A DNA stretch of 63,413 bases, filler included, from Octopus bimaculoides (GCF_001194135.2; 5 parts of 5 records of this genome joined end to end with filler, not necessarily neighbours in it), one strand, 5' to 3'; shown: positions 35,990-49,070, counted from the first letter of the whole stretch. Numbers and translations: made by a program. Notes: generated by a model from the sequence alone, not told the origin.

Positions 35990-38500
35990 GTAAACCCTGC
36001 AAAACTTGCGCCCCATCCTTGAAATTCCAGCTGCAATAACTGGAAAGATTGTTCTATATCATGCAAAAACAAACTGTCTGCTAGAAAACGGTCATGAACT
36101 CACATGTAGAAAGGGCCATCCTTTATTCAACATTTATCTAGAGCAAGGTGGGCTCAAAAGTTTTATTTAAGACTGAGACCCTTACAGAATAAATTCAGCA
36201 TTAATTGCTGCAGTGAGAGCTTTACATTTTCCCCAACTTATTTGGAAAGAAGAACAATAAAAGTAGCAACATCAAGGTTTCCACTAGAGATAGATATCTG
36301 GTGGTTATTGGCATGCATATTGTTGGATAGAAGCGAAACACTATTGGATGTGAAGAAAACGAAACTGGTTGTAAAGTCAGAGGTGGAAAGTCTCCCTAGA
36401 ATAACTTGAGGGCAAATGACTGAGGTGCTACATCTGTGGAATAACTAACCAGCTCAAAACTTTCTGCTCACACAATCAAAGCTGGAAAAGAAAAAGGGAG
36501 GGCTCCACTGTTGCGAATACCACCACCACCACCTCAACAAGTACACCATCACCTTAACTAACAGCAACAAAAAGAAAACACAAACACAAAAAGAAAACAC
36601 AAACACAAAAAAAAACACTAACACAAACAAGGACGCGCAAGGAAAAGAAAGCCCAGCAAACACACAAACCCAACAACCAGAACAAAATCAACACCAGCTA
36701 AATACATGACTTTGCCTGCAACTACAGCAGATTGCACCCACATCCAATTGTGTGCTAAAGNNNNNNNNNNCCACCACCACCTCAACAAGTACACCATCAC
36801 CTTAACTAACAGCAACAAAAAGAAAACACAAACACAAAAAGAAAACACAAACACAAAAAAAAACACTAACACAAACAAGGACGCGCAAGGAAAAGAAAGC
36901 CCAGCAAACACACAAACCCAACAACCAGAACAAAATCAACACCAGCTAAATACATGACTTTGCCTGCAACTACAGCAGATTGCACCCACATCCAATTGTG
37001 TGCTAAAGAGGAGACACAGAAACAGAGAAGTGACTTAGAATAAAAGCACAATGAAAGCCCTGAATGTCCTGAACTTGGCAAGTCAATCAGTAGATAAATA
37101 TAGGGAAATGAGAGTGGGGATCCTGACCTCACAACGTCGTATAGGCTACATCAAGATTTTCTCTAGGAACCTCTTACTGAGAAAGGATTTGATACACCTG
37201 TCTTGCCTGCAGGAAAACTATCTTCTTCCTTTCTTTCCTATTAACATGGTAGCTTTAAGAGTGGGTTGCATAAATGCACATGGCCTGGGGGTCACCTGCA
37301 AGCAGGGGCACCTGCTCAATGACTTCTAGTCACTAGCTATGGATGCAATAGCCATCAGTGAGACCAGGATTTCCAACACACATGCTATGGCACCCATCTT
37401 TGATGACTTTGAGATTGGTGAATCTCTGAGCCAATCTTGAATGGGAGGTGGACTGGAAATGTTGTTTTGGAAAGGCCTGAGTCTCGAGATACAAGTAATC
37501 ATCTTGGACCAGGACGATAAGTCAGTAGCCTCGAATATGAACAGTAGCTGTCTATGCCTCAACAGGTACAGGACGACAAGATTTCATAAGGCACCTATAG
37601 ATTTCCAGTGATATGTCCCACTCTTTCTCATTAGCAGGTGATTGGAATGCCATCTTGAATATGTCTGGATTGTGTGGGACTACTTGATTGGAAAGTAGAG
37701 TGTGAAAACTTGCAAATTTGCTCAAATGTTTCCAACTGTCTGGCAGGTACCAACTGGATTTTCCTAATGCATCAGTATGGGCATGATCAAACAGTATAGG
37801 TCATCCAGATCGTATCTAGACAGTATTCTGAAGGCCAGCAGAGAGGATAACATAGGGTACCAATTGTTCAAATTGGTTGGTTACATGGGTCACAAATTTG
37901 TGATTTGCATGGTCAAACTAGATAGGTTGTACAGACAGGGACCAACTGAACGTATTTTTCGCGGTGTGTCAGGCTTACAAAGACTGGATTAGAGAATTAG
38001 TTAAGCAAGTATTGACTGGGCAGTCATTAATAACAGATCATGGTTAGCTGTGAAAAGGGTTATTAGATTAGAATCAATCAGATTTGTAAGGAAACAGTAA
38101 TAGAGGATTCTAGAGTGGTAGAAGAGCTAGTTAGAAACCTAGAAGAAGCACTTAGAAAAGACATAGCAACTGGTGTGCTGGTGGTGAGATTGATCCTCGA
38201 CCAATTTTTCGATGTCAAGTATGAAGATTGAGTTATCAAAGCTAGGGCGTATTCTCTAAAACATAAGGGAATGAAAGCCATTTGGTGTGCCTGGAAGGTA
38301 GAGGCAAGACATGGTAAACCACAATTCGGTATTTGCCAGATCAGGAGGAGCACTTCCTACTTGATTCCAAGCAAATGTGTGCAGCTTTTCAGTAGCACTT
38401 CACTGAAGTGGAGAGAGTTGCAGGTCAGAGATGCGAATGAATTTTACCACCTACCTCAGGAGGCTTTCGACTAAGTTACAAAGTTGTGCAAAAGCTGATA
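35990..38500 (+). mobile_element. L1/Tx1-like LINE, decayed (ORF1 + APE endonuclease)
   Basis: PTYLERRTIKVATSRFPLEIDIWWLLACILL, zinc-knuckle-like LRCYICG, low-complexity linker, ORF2 start MVALRVGCINAHGL...AIAISETRI, SRSYLD, GHKFV. Confidence 0.8.
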
Positions 38501-38559
38501 ATGGCTGATGAAAAATTGAAGGCACTAGCTTGCTGCATGTGGGAAAAGTAACTGGAGCT

Positions 38560-40190
38560 CAATGGTATGTCCTATGAGCTTTATCTTCATATGCCATTTT
38601 TGTTCAGGGAGTAGAGGTGGAAGCTCTTGGTAGATGTCTACTGTAACTGGCAACAAAACGTGAGAATACCCAGTCTTATGAAATGAGGTGTTACTGTTGG
38701 GAAAGAACCTAGATAAGGGAGGCTGTTTGTGACAACTTCTGGCTCGTAACTCTGCAGTGCCATCAGCAGTTGCACCAAAAGTAACAACACCAAAAGCAGC
38801 ATAGCACTTAAAAGACTAATAAAAAAGACTAACAACAGAAATGCACTTAACAACAGCAAATACCAACACCACAACCCTAAAAGATTCTACCTACATCAGT
38901 CAACCAGACTACAAACATAGACATAGATATTCTTAACTGCATAGACACACCTCTTCCTCCTGCCACAGTGTCTTTTACTGAAAACTCACCTTGCAAAGAA
39001 AAACAAATAGCTTAGATGAGGAGACACAGAAACCAGACCAATACAACCACAAACATCTCAATACTAAAAACCTCACTAACATTACAAACACCTCAGCAAA
39101 TGAAGACTCAAACCAATCCACACTGACAACAAGGACAGCGTCCTCAAACTGGACAAACAAAATGTGTTATCAATGATGCAGCCATAAACATAAACAACAA
39201 GGACTTTGTAGTAACGCCTGCGCATGCGTAGTCTTATGCATGCGTAGAATTAAACAAGCAAGCGTTTCCCGCTCAATTCATTCTCTTTTACGGTCGGCCG
39301 ACCATGAGCATGGACGTGTGCTAAAGCTGTCTCTACATCTTTCGGACTTACACAAGACAGCTCGCTCACAACAAGAACAGAACAACGTCCCAACAACTAT
39401 GCTCATACACAACAGAAGCTGTAACAACAAGAGCTAAAGATGTGTTTATATGCTTACCACCTAAATAAAGTGTTGTTTAAGTTGTTTAGTCTGGAGTTCA
39501 GCGTTCCGTTATATTCTTTAATTTTATAGTAGGAAGTCAGGTATACAATCTAAAGATGTATAACCCACTTTCTACTAAAACTTAATGAAATATATACATC
39601 TGCTCAAAAACACATCTCCAAGTCTGCTGAGAAAAGATGGTCTGTATCTCAATATCCAACTCTTTCCAAAACAACACTATCTTTCAGGATCCCAGAGGTA
39701 AGTTGGTGGTGTCAGCGAAGGGCACATCTTCAGACTGGTGCTGTCTATGCCCTGACAGGGGCCAAGAGCAAAGATGGCTAATAGTCTGAAGATATGACTT
39801 TCACTGTCTAGTGGTCATTGTAGGCACGTCCAACTCTTTATTACTTAGTGCGTGATTGGAATGGTATCTTAGATTTGTGTTTGGACTGTGTGGGGCTAGC
39901 CGATAGGAGTAAGGATGCAAAAGCCTCCCAAACAATCCCAGACATTTCCCACTGCCTGACAGGTGCCAACTGGATTCCCTGAGTGTGCCAGTTAGGACAT
40001 GGACAAACTGCAGCAGATTATCTAGACCATATCTAGATGGAGTTTTCTGTAGGCCAGTAGATAGGGATAGCTAAGCATAGGTTGTCCAATTTCAAGTGGT
40101 CAGTACACAGATCACAAATTTGGGATCTGTACGGTTGACCTAGATAGACTTCATAGGCAATAGGCACAGACCCAGAAATGGAAGCTGAAC
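38560..40190 (+). mobile_element. Further L1/Tx1-like remnant (ORF1 C-terminus + deleted endonuclease)
   Basis: Nucleotide homology of 39780-40190 to 27830-28200 and 37620-37950 (DWNGILD, RPYLDGVFCR, TDHKF). Confidence 0.65.
39207..39547 (+). mobile_element. Putative short solo LTR (341 bp)
   Basis: TGTAGT...TATACA ends, AATAAA near 39464, CpG-rich against CpG-poor flanks. No matching TSD found. Confidence 0.5.
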
Positions 40191-42009
40191 ACACTGCAAT
40201 AGGGACTATTGAAGAGATAGCCATAAAGATTCCAAAAGCTCAGAGAGACGAACTAAGGTGGAAAGTGAGACAGGTACTAGAAAAAGTGAAACTTCCCAAA
40301 ACAAACTTTACTAAGGAAGAAAAGTTCGCTATCAAAAGACTACAGAGTGACAATTCCATCATAATACTTCCAGTGGACAAGGGAAATACTACAGTGGTGA
40401 TGAACAAGTCTGATTACTCTGAAACATTGGCAAGTCTTATAAGTGATGGTAGCTACAGCAAAGTAAAGAAAGACCCTACTTTGAAAACAGAGGAAGTTGT
40501 CACAGATCTTGGTCAAGAACAAGGGTCACTTTACACCAATGAAGTACAAACAACTGACTCAACACTACAGTAAACCACCACACATGTACGGTCTTCCTAA
40601 GATTCACAAGGATGGTATTCCATTAAGACCTATAGTGAGCTGTAGAGGTTCAGCATGACATCCACTGAGCCACTTCCTTGTGGATACAATCAGTCCATTA
40701 GCAGGAAAGTCAACATCGCATGTGAAGAATTCCACCCACTTCACAGAATTGATCAAGGATACCCCCATCGAATCCAACCAGATGGTGAGTCTAGATGTGA
40801 TAAGTCTGTTCACCAAAGTCCCAACTGGTGAAGCACTATCAGTGATTCAAGAAAAACTAGTGACAGACACCCATATAAAAGAATGCACTAGTATACCAAT
40901 AAGAAACTTGATGGAAATGTTGACCTTCGTTGTAAAAACTACCTACTTCTGTATGGACACTGATATATATCGACAAGAAGAAGGTTAAGCTATGGGTTTG
41001 CCATTATCACCGATAATAGCCAATATATACACGGAATACTTTGAGAATTTGGTTTTAGGATCAACACCACTAAAACCAACCCTATGGCTGCGATATGTTG
41101 ATGACATCTTTATACTCTGGCCCCACCAGGAAGATGTCCAAGTGCTGTTAGATCATGTGAACTCAATAAAGCCATCCATACAGTTTACAATGGAAAAGGA
41201 AAAAAGACAATCCTGGACGTATAAAAAACATGTACCAAGTATGGATTCAGGACATCCATATACTGCAAGTTGACCTTCATTGGATGATACCTCAACTTCA
41301 ATTCCCACCATCCATATAGTGTAAAGAGAGGGATTGCACAGTGCCTAAAACATTGGGCAAAGAATATAAATAGTGATCGTCGTACACACCACAAAGAAAT
41401 GATCAAGCTCAATAACAATCTATTAAACAACAACTACCCCAAAAACATACTATCCACTCCAATTATGAAGAAAAGAGAGAATGAAACCAATAAACTGTCC
41501 ACAGTCTGTCTACCCTATGTGAACGACCTCTCCAAAAAGATAGAAAAGATATGCGGCCCATATGACATCAGGACAGTATTCAAGAGTAATACAACACTTC
41601 GCAAATATCTCCTTCAAGTAAAACCACCAATAGAAGAGAATATGACCAAAAACTGTGTACTCCATCCCATGTAGCTGTGGTAGGTTATACAAAGGCAAAA
41701 CATGCAGCCCCCTCAAAATAAGGGTAGACAAACATCACAAAGCTGTGACACAAGGAGATACTGATAAATCGGTTATAGCTGATCATGTATGGAAAAATGG
41801 AGACCACCTCCCCTGTGGGATGAAGTTAAAATAATAGACAGAAAACACCACTGGAAAATATGAAATCTAAAAGAAGCAGCACATATGCTAGGACACAACA
41901 ACCTCCTTAGCAGACCGAGTGCAGATATGAGTAACATATGGGAACCGGTATTAAGGATAGGAAAATATTAGATTTATAAGCCCCTAAAATTCACTTCATG
42001 ATCGCCCAC

Positions 42010-42090
42010 AGGCATATGGTATAGTGGTTAAGAGCGCGGGCTACTAACCTCAAGATTCCGAGTTCAATTCTAGAGTTCAATTCTAGACAG
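42010..42090 (+). promoter_or_regulatory. tRNA-derived Pol III head (A and B boxes) within the Penelope 3' region
   Basis: GGCATATGGTATAGTGGTTAAGAGCGCGGGCTACTAACC..GATTCCGAGTTCAATTC with a duplicated B-box; no complete acceptor stem, so not a tRNA gene. Confidence 0.65.
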
Positions 42091-42160
42091 TGACCTTAAT
42101 AATAATAATAATAATAATAATAACAATAACAACAGCAACATTGAAAAAATACCTTCCCAA

Positions 42161-42206
42161 AACACCTGGTGAAGGCTGGAGGGTATATCAGCCAAAATGT
42201 TGTGTT
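42161..42206 (+). ncRNA. Degenerate type-I hammerhead ribozyme motif in Penelope pLTR
   Basis: AACAC-CTGGTGA-A-GGCTG-loop-CAGCC-AAAAT-GTT-GTGTT: stems intact, core substitutions relative to the 55453 copy. Confidence 0.7.
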
Positions 42207-42309
42207 AACAACAAACAAGATGAGGACAAATATCTGTCAAATGTAAATAATGTACATAATTCCTCATCTCTTAAATATAGAACTCTGTTATATCTTGTTG
42301 TCAGCATCT

Positions 42310-42995
42310 GCTGAGTCAAGGATACTGTAGCTGACATGCGATGAAGTTGCAGCATCTCCAGCATTTCCTTACTGGTGAGCAGGTATGATCTTGTATGTCC
42401 AACATATTTTCCCCTAGCTCATCTCTTTGACTGAGCTGTAGTCCTGGATTGAGTGTAGAGCGAGGTACGATACCAGTGGGGTAATGCAATGGGTTAAAAT
42501 TCCATATTAGGTTTCTACAGTGCAAGCAAATACTATGAAGTTCTTTGGGGAAACTCTGGGTGGTGACAAGAATCAAATGAAAAGTTTATTTTGGAAGACA
42601 TTCGGTCCAAGGGTTAAATTCAGAAATACCTAATCTGGCAGTGCTACTCACAGGCATTTCTGGTTCAAGATCTACTCTAGTGACCTGGGTATTGTAGTCT
42701 CTCTCACCTGTTCATGATACAACAGAGTAAGAAAACCATTCTGCATGCATTTGTCAAGCATTGCTGACAAGTGGAAACAGCTACTGTCATGTGTAGGACA
42801 GAAAATTGCCCAGCCACCTTCCTTTGATCGGAAAGGACAGACAGTCTTTTTCTTTCTAGTCATCACAAGAGGTTGTGTGGTGGACAAGACTGAAAGGATT
42901 GAAGACAGGTATTTTCCTCTTAGGCCAAGCCTTCATCAACTTTACTAGGTTTCACTTGGAAAGGAAACCAAAGGTGGAGAAAGAAGTGCTACCTT
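42310..42995 (+). mobile_element. L1/Tx1-like ORF2 C-terminal remnant
   Basis: RHAMKLQHLQHFLTGEQV...; KTGIFLLGQAFINFTRFHLERKPKVEKEVL; homologous to 29330-29400. Confidence 0.65.
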
Positions 42996-43097
42996 CAAGT
43001 AAATCCTCCTCCTCCTCCTCGCCCCTGCCGCCACTGCCTACACCCTCCTCCTCCTCCTCCTCCTCCTCCTCCTCCTCATCATCATCATCACCATCAC

Positions 43098-43130
<33 letters not shown>

Positions 43131-43134
43131 TGTC

Positions 43135-43990
43135 CAAGACATTTGACAGAGTAGATCATCACTATCAGGCAGCTGTTCTAAGAGCTGTTGGTTTTGTCCC
43201 ATCTTCAGAGGCTAGATCACCACAATGACAGGAAATCCATCTACTGTTGGTGCCCAGTCAGTGGTGTCTTAGGATACTGTTCTTGATGATGCACCAGCAT
43301 GCACTGAGGATGGCACATCTGCAGAATATTACTGGTAATAAAAACAAGGGTGAATTGGTGTGGGCATCCTTTGTGCAACAGTCTTTCTACAGACCATCTT
43401 GACCAAGATGCAGTCATAGGCCAAATATAGACCAAGATTGAGCATCTGGCATCTAGAATGTTGTCAGCATTCATGATATTGTTCAGCTGGACAAAGCATT
43501 CAGTGGAATAACAACTCAAGATTTTTGTAAGGTATTAGTTAAGAATATGAGAGATGATAACCTGGGATAGACTCGGTGTATTGATGAGAACAGTCTGAAT
43601 TGTCTCTTTTGGAGCTTTCAGGTTGAAGACCATGGTCAATTTTTAAAAGTCCTTGGCATAGCTACAGAGATGGGTCATTGCCTGTTCAAGACAAGTTCTT
43701 CATGCATGGAAGCACTAACATCTGAATCTACCCAAGATGCATGCAGAGGGATGAAACCGTCCTGCATGCAATTGTTCAGTGTCTGTGCATTAGTAACTTG
43801 TAGGCTTGTGTTGAGCAGCCACTGTCTTGTGTAAGATGAATTTGGCTATCCATCAAGTGCATAGTGAAGATCAATGCACCAACTTCTTTTGGTATAGGGA
43901 AAGACAGATGTTTCTCTGCTAAGTGTTTGTGGTGAAAGAAATTGGTGGATCTGTCTGACAGGTTTGAAGATAGGCACTTTCCTATCTGGT
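43135..43990 (+). mobile_element. Second L1/Tx1-like ORF2 remnant (RT motif joined to C-terminus)
   Basis: KTFDRVDHHYQAAVLRAVGF then HALRMAHLQNI..GELVWASFVQQ, repeating the region seen at 42330. Confidence 0.6.
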
Positions 43991-44039
43991 CAAGCTCTAG
44001 TCAGTTCTTTTCAATATCATATAAAGAAGAAAGTGAGGA

Positions 44040-44640
44040 GAGGGAAAGGGTGGGGAGGGAGCAATCTCAATTTCTCCAACAAATCTCTCAAACCTGGTTG
44101 CTAATGCTCCCAATGCCACAACAACTAATGGGATGACAGTTATGTTCTTCATTGCCTACATCTAGTTTCATCTTTTAGTACTTCGTGGTTCTCAATATTT
44201 TGTATATATCTTGAGGTCATCCATATAAAGTAAGTGATTATTCTGATCTGGGTTTTGGCAAACTCATAAGTAGGCCTGGATTTTCTCAATATGTTTGTCG
44301 GAGGGATTAGCAAAATGACAAAGGGTAATGGAAAGAGTGAGTCTTCTTGGAAAATGCCCCACACATATTCATGTTTCCTAGTACATGTCTGTTCTATTTC
44401 CCACATTCTCATTGCTTTCTCCAAAAAGTTGTTTATTTTCTCATAGATTCTATTATTATGTGAGAGAGAGCTGCACATGCCATCAAATTGACATTGGGAT
44501 ACAAATATATGAATCCCAGTATACCCATCATGACTACCCATATAATAAAGGTACACCAGGCACATGCAATACCGCCATATGTGCACAACGTGGTGATCTT
44601 ACATCAAGATAAACAGTGCATGACCTTGCAGGTGTGGCCC
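44040..44640 (-). mobile_element. R4/Dong-clade non-LTR retrotransposon remnant
   Basis: GIFQEDSLFPLPFVILLIPPTNILRK...YEF (GIFQGDSLSPL motif) fused to the C-terminal NITVIPLVVVALGAL motif of RLE-encoding elements. Confidence 0.7.
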
Positions 44641-44999
44641 ATTTTTTCTTCATGTTGAGTATCCCATACTGCTCAAAAGGTCCCTGAATAAGGTTTGCTT
44701 AAGGATGATGAATGAAACACCTATGTTTCCAGGGGTGAATCATTCAAAACCCAAAGGATCTCTCTCAACACATGACTATGATGCTCCCCAACTACTTCTG
44801 CTCATGATCAGAGATGCACATATTGTCAGCCATCAAGGGATGTGCTCAACTGGTTAAGGTCAAACAACTGACAAGCAAATCTGTGGTATTAAGCAGAATA
44901 TTTGCTGTAGCCCATCTTTTATACCAAGACAAAACAATGTACATGTTAACATTTCCAATCAATTAAGATTAGAAGCCATGAGAGCCACTGCCTGGTAGT

Positions 45000-45684
45000 G
45001 CATCAGGGCAGGAAATTCCTGCAGCAACAACAACAGCAACAACAACAACAACAACCAAAAGCCTCCACACCACCAACACCATCACCACCAACACCACGAA
45101 AAGCGACATCACCATCTCCAGCCATCACCAAACCAACACCAACACCAAGAACCTCCACACCAAAGAAGAAAATAACAGAACCAACAACAACAGAACCAGC
45201 AACAACAACAACAAAATTTGCAAAAGAATTTTCGCCAGACCCTATGGACATTCCCTTTCCAGATCAGATCAGCTCGGATTGTGCAAGCACTGATAGTGAG
45301 AAAGGGAAGTGGCACTCTGTACCACCAACAAAAAAACGGAGAAGACAAAAGAAACAATTGACAAAGAGGGGAGGCGCGAAAAAGGTGAGCTTCCCAACAT
45401 CATCAACAACAACAACACACACTCACAACAAATAGCAACACCTTCTCCACTGCAAACACCAACACTCACACACACCACAAACGTAACAGCCATCAACACC
45501 AAAAATGAACACTTATTAGACTTTTTAAAAAACAGTACAAATGCAAACACCACAAACTTCATTATACCCTTACACAACGCACCACCAGCACACATACTCA
45601 CACTAAAAATAACCCAAGAAAACTATAATAAAATAAAAGAAAAGTTCCCAAATGATGTTGGGTCGCTAGGGAGAAGTTTCTCCC
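45000..45684 (+). mobile_element. Low-complexity P/T/K-rich reading frames, probable LINE ORF1 fragment
   Basis: Overlapping ORFs 44998-45435 and 45309-45740 with CAA/ACC-rich linker and KKRRRQKK; composition like 36480-37040. No diagnostic motif. Confidence 0.3.
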
Positions 45685-45784
45685 NNNNNNNNNNNNNNNN
45701 NNNNNNNNNNNNNNNNNNNNNNNNNNNNTTAATTAATTAANNNNNNNNNNNNNNNNNNNNNNNNNNNNNNNNNNNNNNNNNNNN

Positions 45785-46570
45785 ACAGGGTACGAGAGGT
45801 AAACTGTCACCATTTTATATTTTTAATTTTGCGCATACACATTGTTTGTTTTTGATTTTGTCGACTAAACAGTACATTAAAGTCAGTTGGGCACTGACTA
45901 TGAGAAAAACAGCACCATGATGCAATTCATTTTGCCAGAAATTTGGAAGCAACATACTGTACTGCTTGGTATTCATGCTGGAAGCTCCAATACAAACAAA
46001 TGGGGAACACACAGAACAACTGCTGGCTTGCCATCTCCCCAAAACATGTACCGAGAGTGATAAAAATCAAACATCCAGTCAACATCATGGTATTTCGAGT
46101 GATCACAAGTAATGGTGATGTTATGCTTCTATTCTTCTTCCCACATGGCCTCACACTCAACACGGAGGCTTACATCAAGTACCTGGAGGAGGTGGTGTTG
46201 CTCTGGGTTAAGAAGCTGGATGCTGGAAGACAGTATGTATGGAAACAGGACTCTGCACCAGGCCAAGCAAGCAGGAGAAACAAGTCATAGCTGTCAGACA
46301 ATTTCTGCAACCACGTCACCCTAACATCTGGCTACCTAACACCTCAGACTCCAAGCCACCCCCTGATTATTATGTGTGGGTTGCAGTTGAGCGAGAGACC
46401 AACAAAACTCCTTTTAACACCAAAGTTGAACTGAAAGCAAGGATTAAACAAGGCGACCAGCCAGAGGATTTGCAGGAGATTCTGAAGTTGTCTGGAGCCA
46501 ATGGCAATTTTATTGAATAAATTTACTCTTTAGTATTTCAAGATATTTTTATGTAATTTTGGTAAATATA
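45785..46570 (+). mobile_element. Tc1/mariner (maT/DD37D-like) transposon, internally deleted
   Basis: KHPVNIMVF.VITSNGDVM...YIKYLEEVV..W...YVWKQDSAP; NIWLPNTSDS.P.DYYVW.AVERETNKT; ACAGGGT.CGA.AGGTAAACTGTC TIR-like start. Confidence 0.8.
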
Positions 46571-46899
46571 CTTTACAAAGGGTGCTGGGTGCTTTGTACA
46601 TGCTACTGGCACTAGTGCATTGTGAACATGCATGCATACACATATTTATGTTTTTGCGTATGTATCTATGTGTTTGTGTCTATGCCTAAGTATAATATAC
46701 AATTATAATAAAAACGCAGTTATTTTTTTTCATACTAATCATTAATTTTGGTTGTTATCTATTAAAGCCATAAAAATGTTTACATCCCACTCTTTAATAC
46801 CTTGTTCATAGTCTCATTATTTTCCACCCTACTACTACTACTACTACTGCCGCCGCCGCCACCACCACCACCACCACTGCTACTACTACTACTACTACT

Positions 46900-47600
46900 G
46901 TCATCATAATCACCATATTTGTCTTTTGCTGTGTAAAGACATTTTTTGATTCTCCCTTTGATACACAATCTATTCAATTCTAACAAAATGAAATTTCCCT
47001 TTGGATTTCTGGCAAAAAAAGCTTCAACTACATAAGGGAAGGACTCCTTCAATATCCATAAATAGACAACAAAAATAGGGGCTTTTGGATTGCTATATGG
47101 GAGAAAGGACATAAGGAATGGTGACCAGGGGTCATAGAAATTAAAATAGACAAAGCAAGTCCTCATGATCCCCAAAGGTCCTAGAGTCATACCAGCTGTG
47201 CTCAGTACAAGATACCAAGACAAAAAATATGAGATTGATAACATAGAAAGCTTGTTATATTTGACAGTATAAAGATCACCTCAGCATTGAATGTCCTGAA
47301 GAACTTTGAAGATTAAACAAGAACAAGGAAAACAGAAAGAAAGAAAGTCACCAGAATCAGCAAACCCCAGTTACCAGAGTACCACCAGCCACAGTCTCAG
47401 GGACCATTAAAATAGATATCTTTAGGACCAGTACCACAATTAACTGAAGAAATATTTTATCCCCAAATAGCACTGGATCTTCATTGGGAGATAGGGTAAA
47501 ATAACTATAGTGAAAATTATGAAAGGATGAAAGAAAAATATTACGCAAAATATGGATTAAGTGCAAAGCAATAAAAACAGGGGAAGAAAGAAGTTTGTTC
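46900..47600 (-). mobile_element. Possible decayed L1/Tx1-like ORF1 fragment
   Basis: Long minus-strand open frames (46780-47244, 47357-47602) with weak resemblance to the ORF1 knuckle region. Confidence 0.25.
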
Positions 47601-48859
47601 AAAACAACAAAATCTCTCCATAGGAAAATAAAGATGAAAATGCAGAGGAATAAAATGAACTGAGATTTACCTTATCCACAAATTGAATAAACAGTTTAGA
47701 GACTAAATTATGTATCTACAAGAGCACAAAATTTCAACAAAAGTTACAACACATAAACAATTAGGTCCAGAATAAGAACCACAGGTGTAAGGTAGACTGC
47801 TTGTAGAATTGAAATTAAGACATTATATCATATTTTTTTTAAATAATAACCTCAGAATATTTTGATGTGTTTCAACATCAAATATCTGAAAATCTGTTAA
47901 TTCAGGTGTAATTGTATACAGTTTGAGAAAGGAGTAAGTGAAAAAGGTCATGGAATACCTTACTCAACCTAAACAGCAATCATACATGTTTTATTAAACA
48001 TTTTAAATTATTTCCATGAAAACGTGTGCCTATGTGTATATGTGCATGTGTGCTTGTATGTTTATGTAGATATGTGTACGTGTGCCAGATGATGTGTGTA
48101 TGCAGGTGCATGCATGTATGTAGGATTGCATGTACACCTTTGAAAATTCTTATTATATCCTTCCGTTTATTGCATAACATCTCTAACTGCTTCCTTAATA
48201 ATGCAAACACATCTTACACATTCCTCATTATCATTTCATTCCTTGTAGCTCCTAGTGAATGTTCAATATTCTTTTGTATTTCTTTGAGCCCTTGTGGCTA
48301 ATGAAGAAAAGATTATGATTATTACTGTTATTGTTGCTAAATCATTATCAATTTTTAAAAAATAGTAAAAGGAATTATTGCTAGTGTTGTTATTTCCTTG
48401 AATATATTTATTTATTAATGGAAAAGAAAGCAATGTTGATGTTTAGATTACAATTCATTAAATAACTAAACACAATTAAAATAATACACAAAAGTACATG
48501 AACAAAGACAAGGATATTATCAATTCTATTTTCAACACTTCCTCATGTATATTTTACATTGTTCCATATCCCCTTTTCCTTCTGATTCACCTCTTCTCAT
48601 TCTATTCACTCCCCAACCAACCTAATAACTGACCTCCCCTCCCTCTTCCCATCTGTAGCTCTCCTTACTCTCCTTCTAGCTCTCTACTCCTCCTCCCTAA
48701 GCTGCTTATATCCTCCCTCTCACTGCTTTTACTGTTTTCCTTCTCTTCTCCCTTTCAGCATTTAAATCTCTCACATGTCTATCTGAACTGCTATAGCCAA
48801 TTCTTTCTCATGGTAAAAAAAAAGTCATTCTTATGGTAATATCTATATGCCACAAAGCA

Positions 48860-49070
48860 ACGACCTGGCAGAAACGTTAGCACACCAGGTGAAATGTTTA
48901 GCGGTATTTCGTACTCTTTACGTTCTGAGTTCAAATTCCACCGAGGTCAATTTTGCCTTTCATCCTTTTGGGGTTGATAAATTAAGTACCAGTTGCATAC
49001 TGAGGTCAATCTAATTGACTGTTCCCCTCCCCCAGAATTTCGAGCCTTGTGCCTAGAGTAGAAAAGAATA
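48860..49070 (+). mobile_element. SINE family C
   Basis: Homologous to 27336-27577. Confidence 0.8.

Larger units (their letters stand above)
40195..42290 (+). mobile_element. Penelope-like retroelement (RT + GIY-YIG endonuclease + 3' pseudo-LTR), inactivated
   Basis: ILPVDKGNTTVVM, PHMYGLPKIHKDGIPLRPIVS, MVSLDVISLFTKVP, MGLPLSPIIANIY, WLRYVDDIFILW, IQFTME; GIY-YIG region NCV(Y)SIPCSCGRLYKG.T...HVWKNGDH..W; several stops and frameshifts. Confidence 0.95.

Noticed and set aside
36510-37008. Exact ~240-bp tandem duplication
   Set aside because: The two identical copies are separated by a 10-N gap; most likely unmerged overlapping contig ends.
40178-41970. Active Penelope ORF
   Set aside because: Several in-frame stops and frameshifts (about 40500, 40657, 40986, 41210, 41660); the element is inactive.
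42010-42090. tRNA gene
   Set aside because: A and B boxes are present but there is no complete cloverleaf or acceptor stem and the B-box is duplicated: a SINE-type head.
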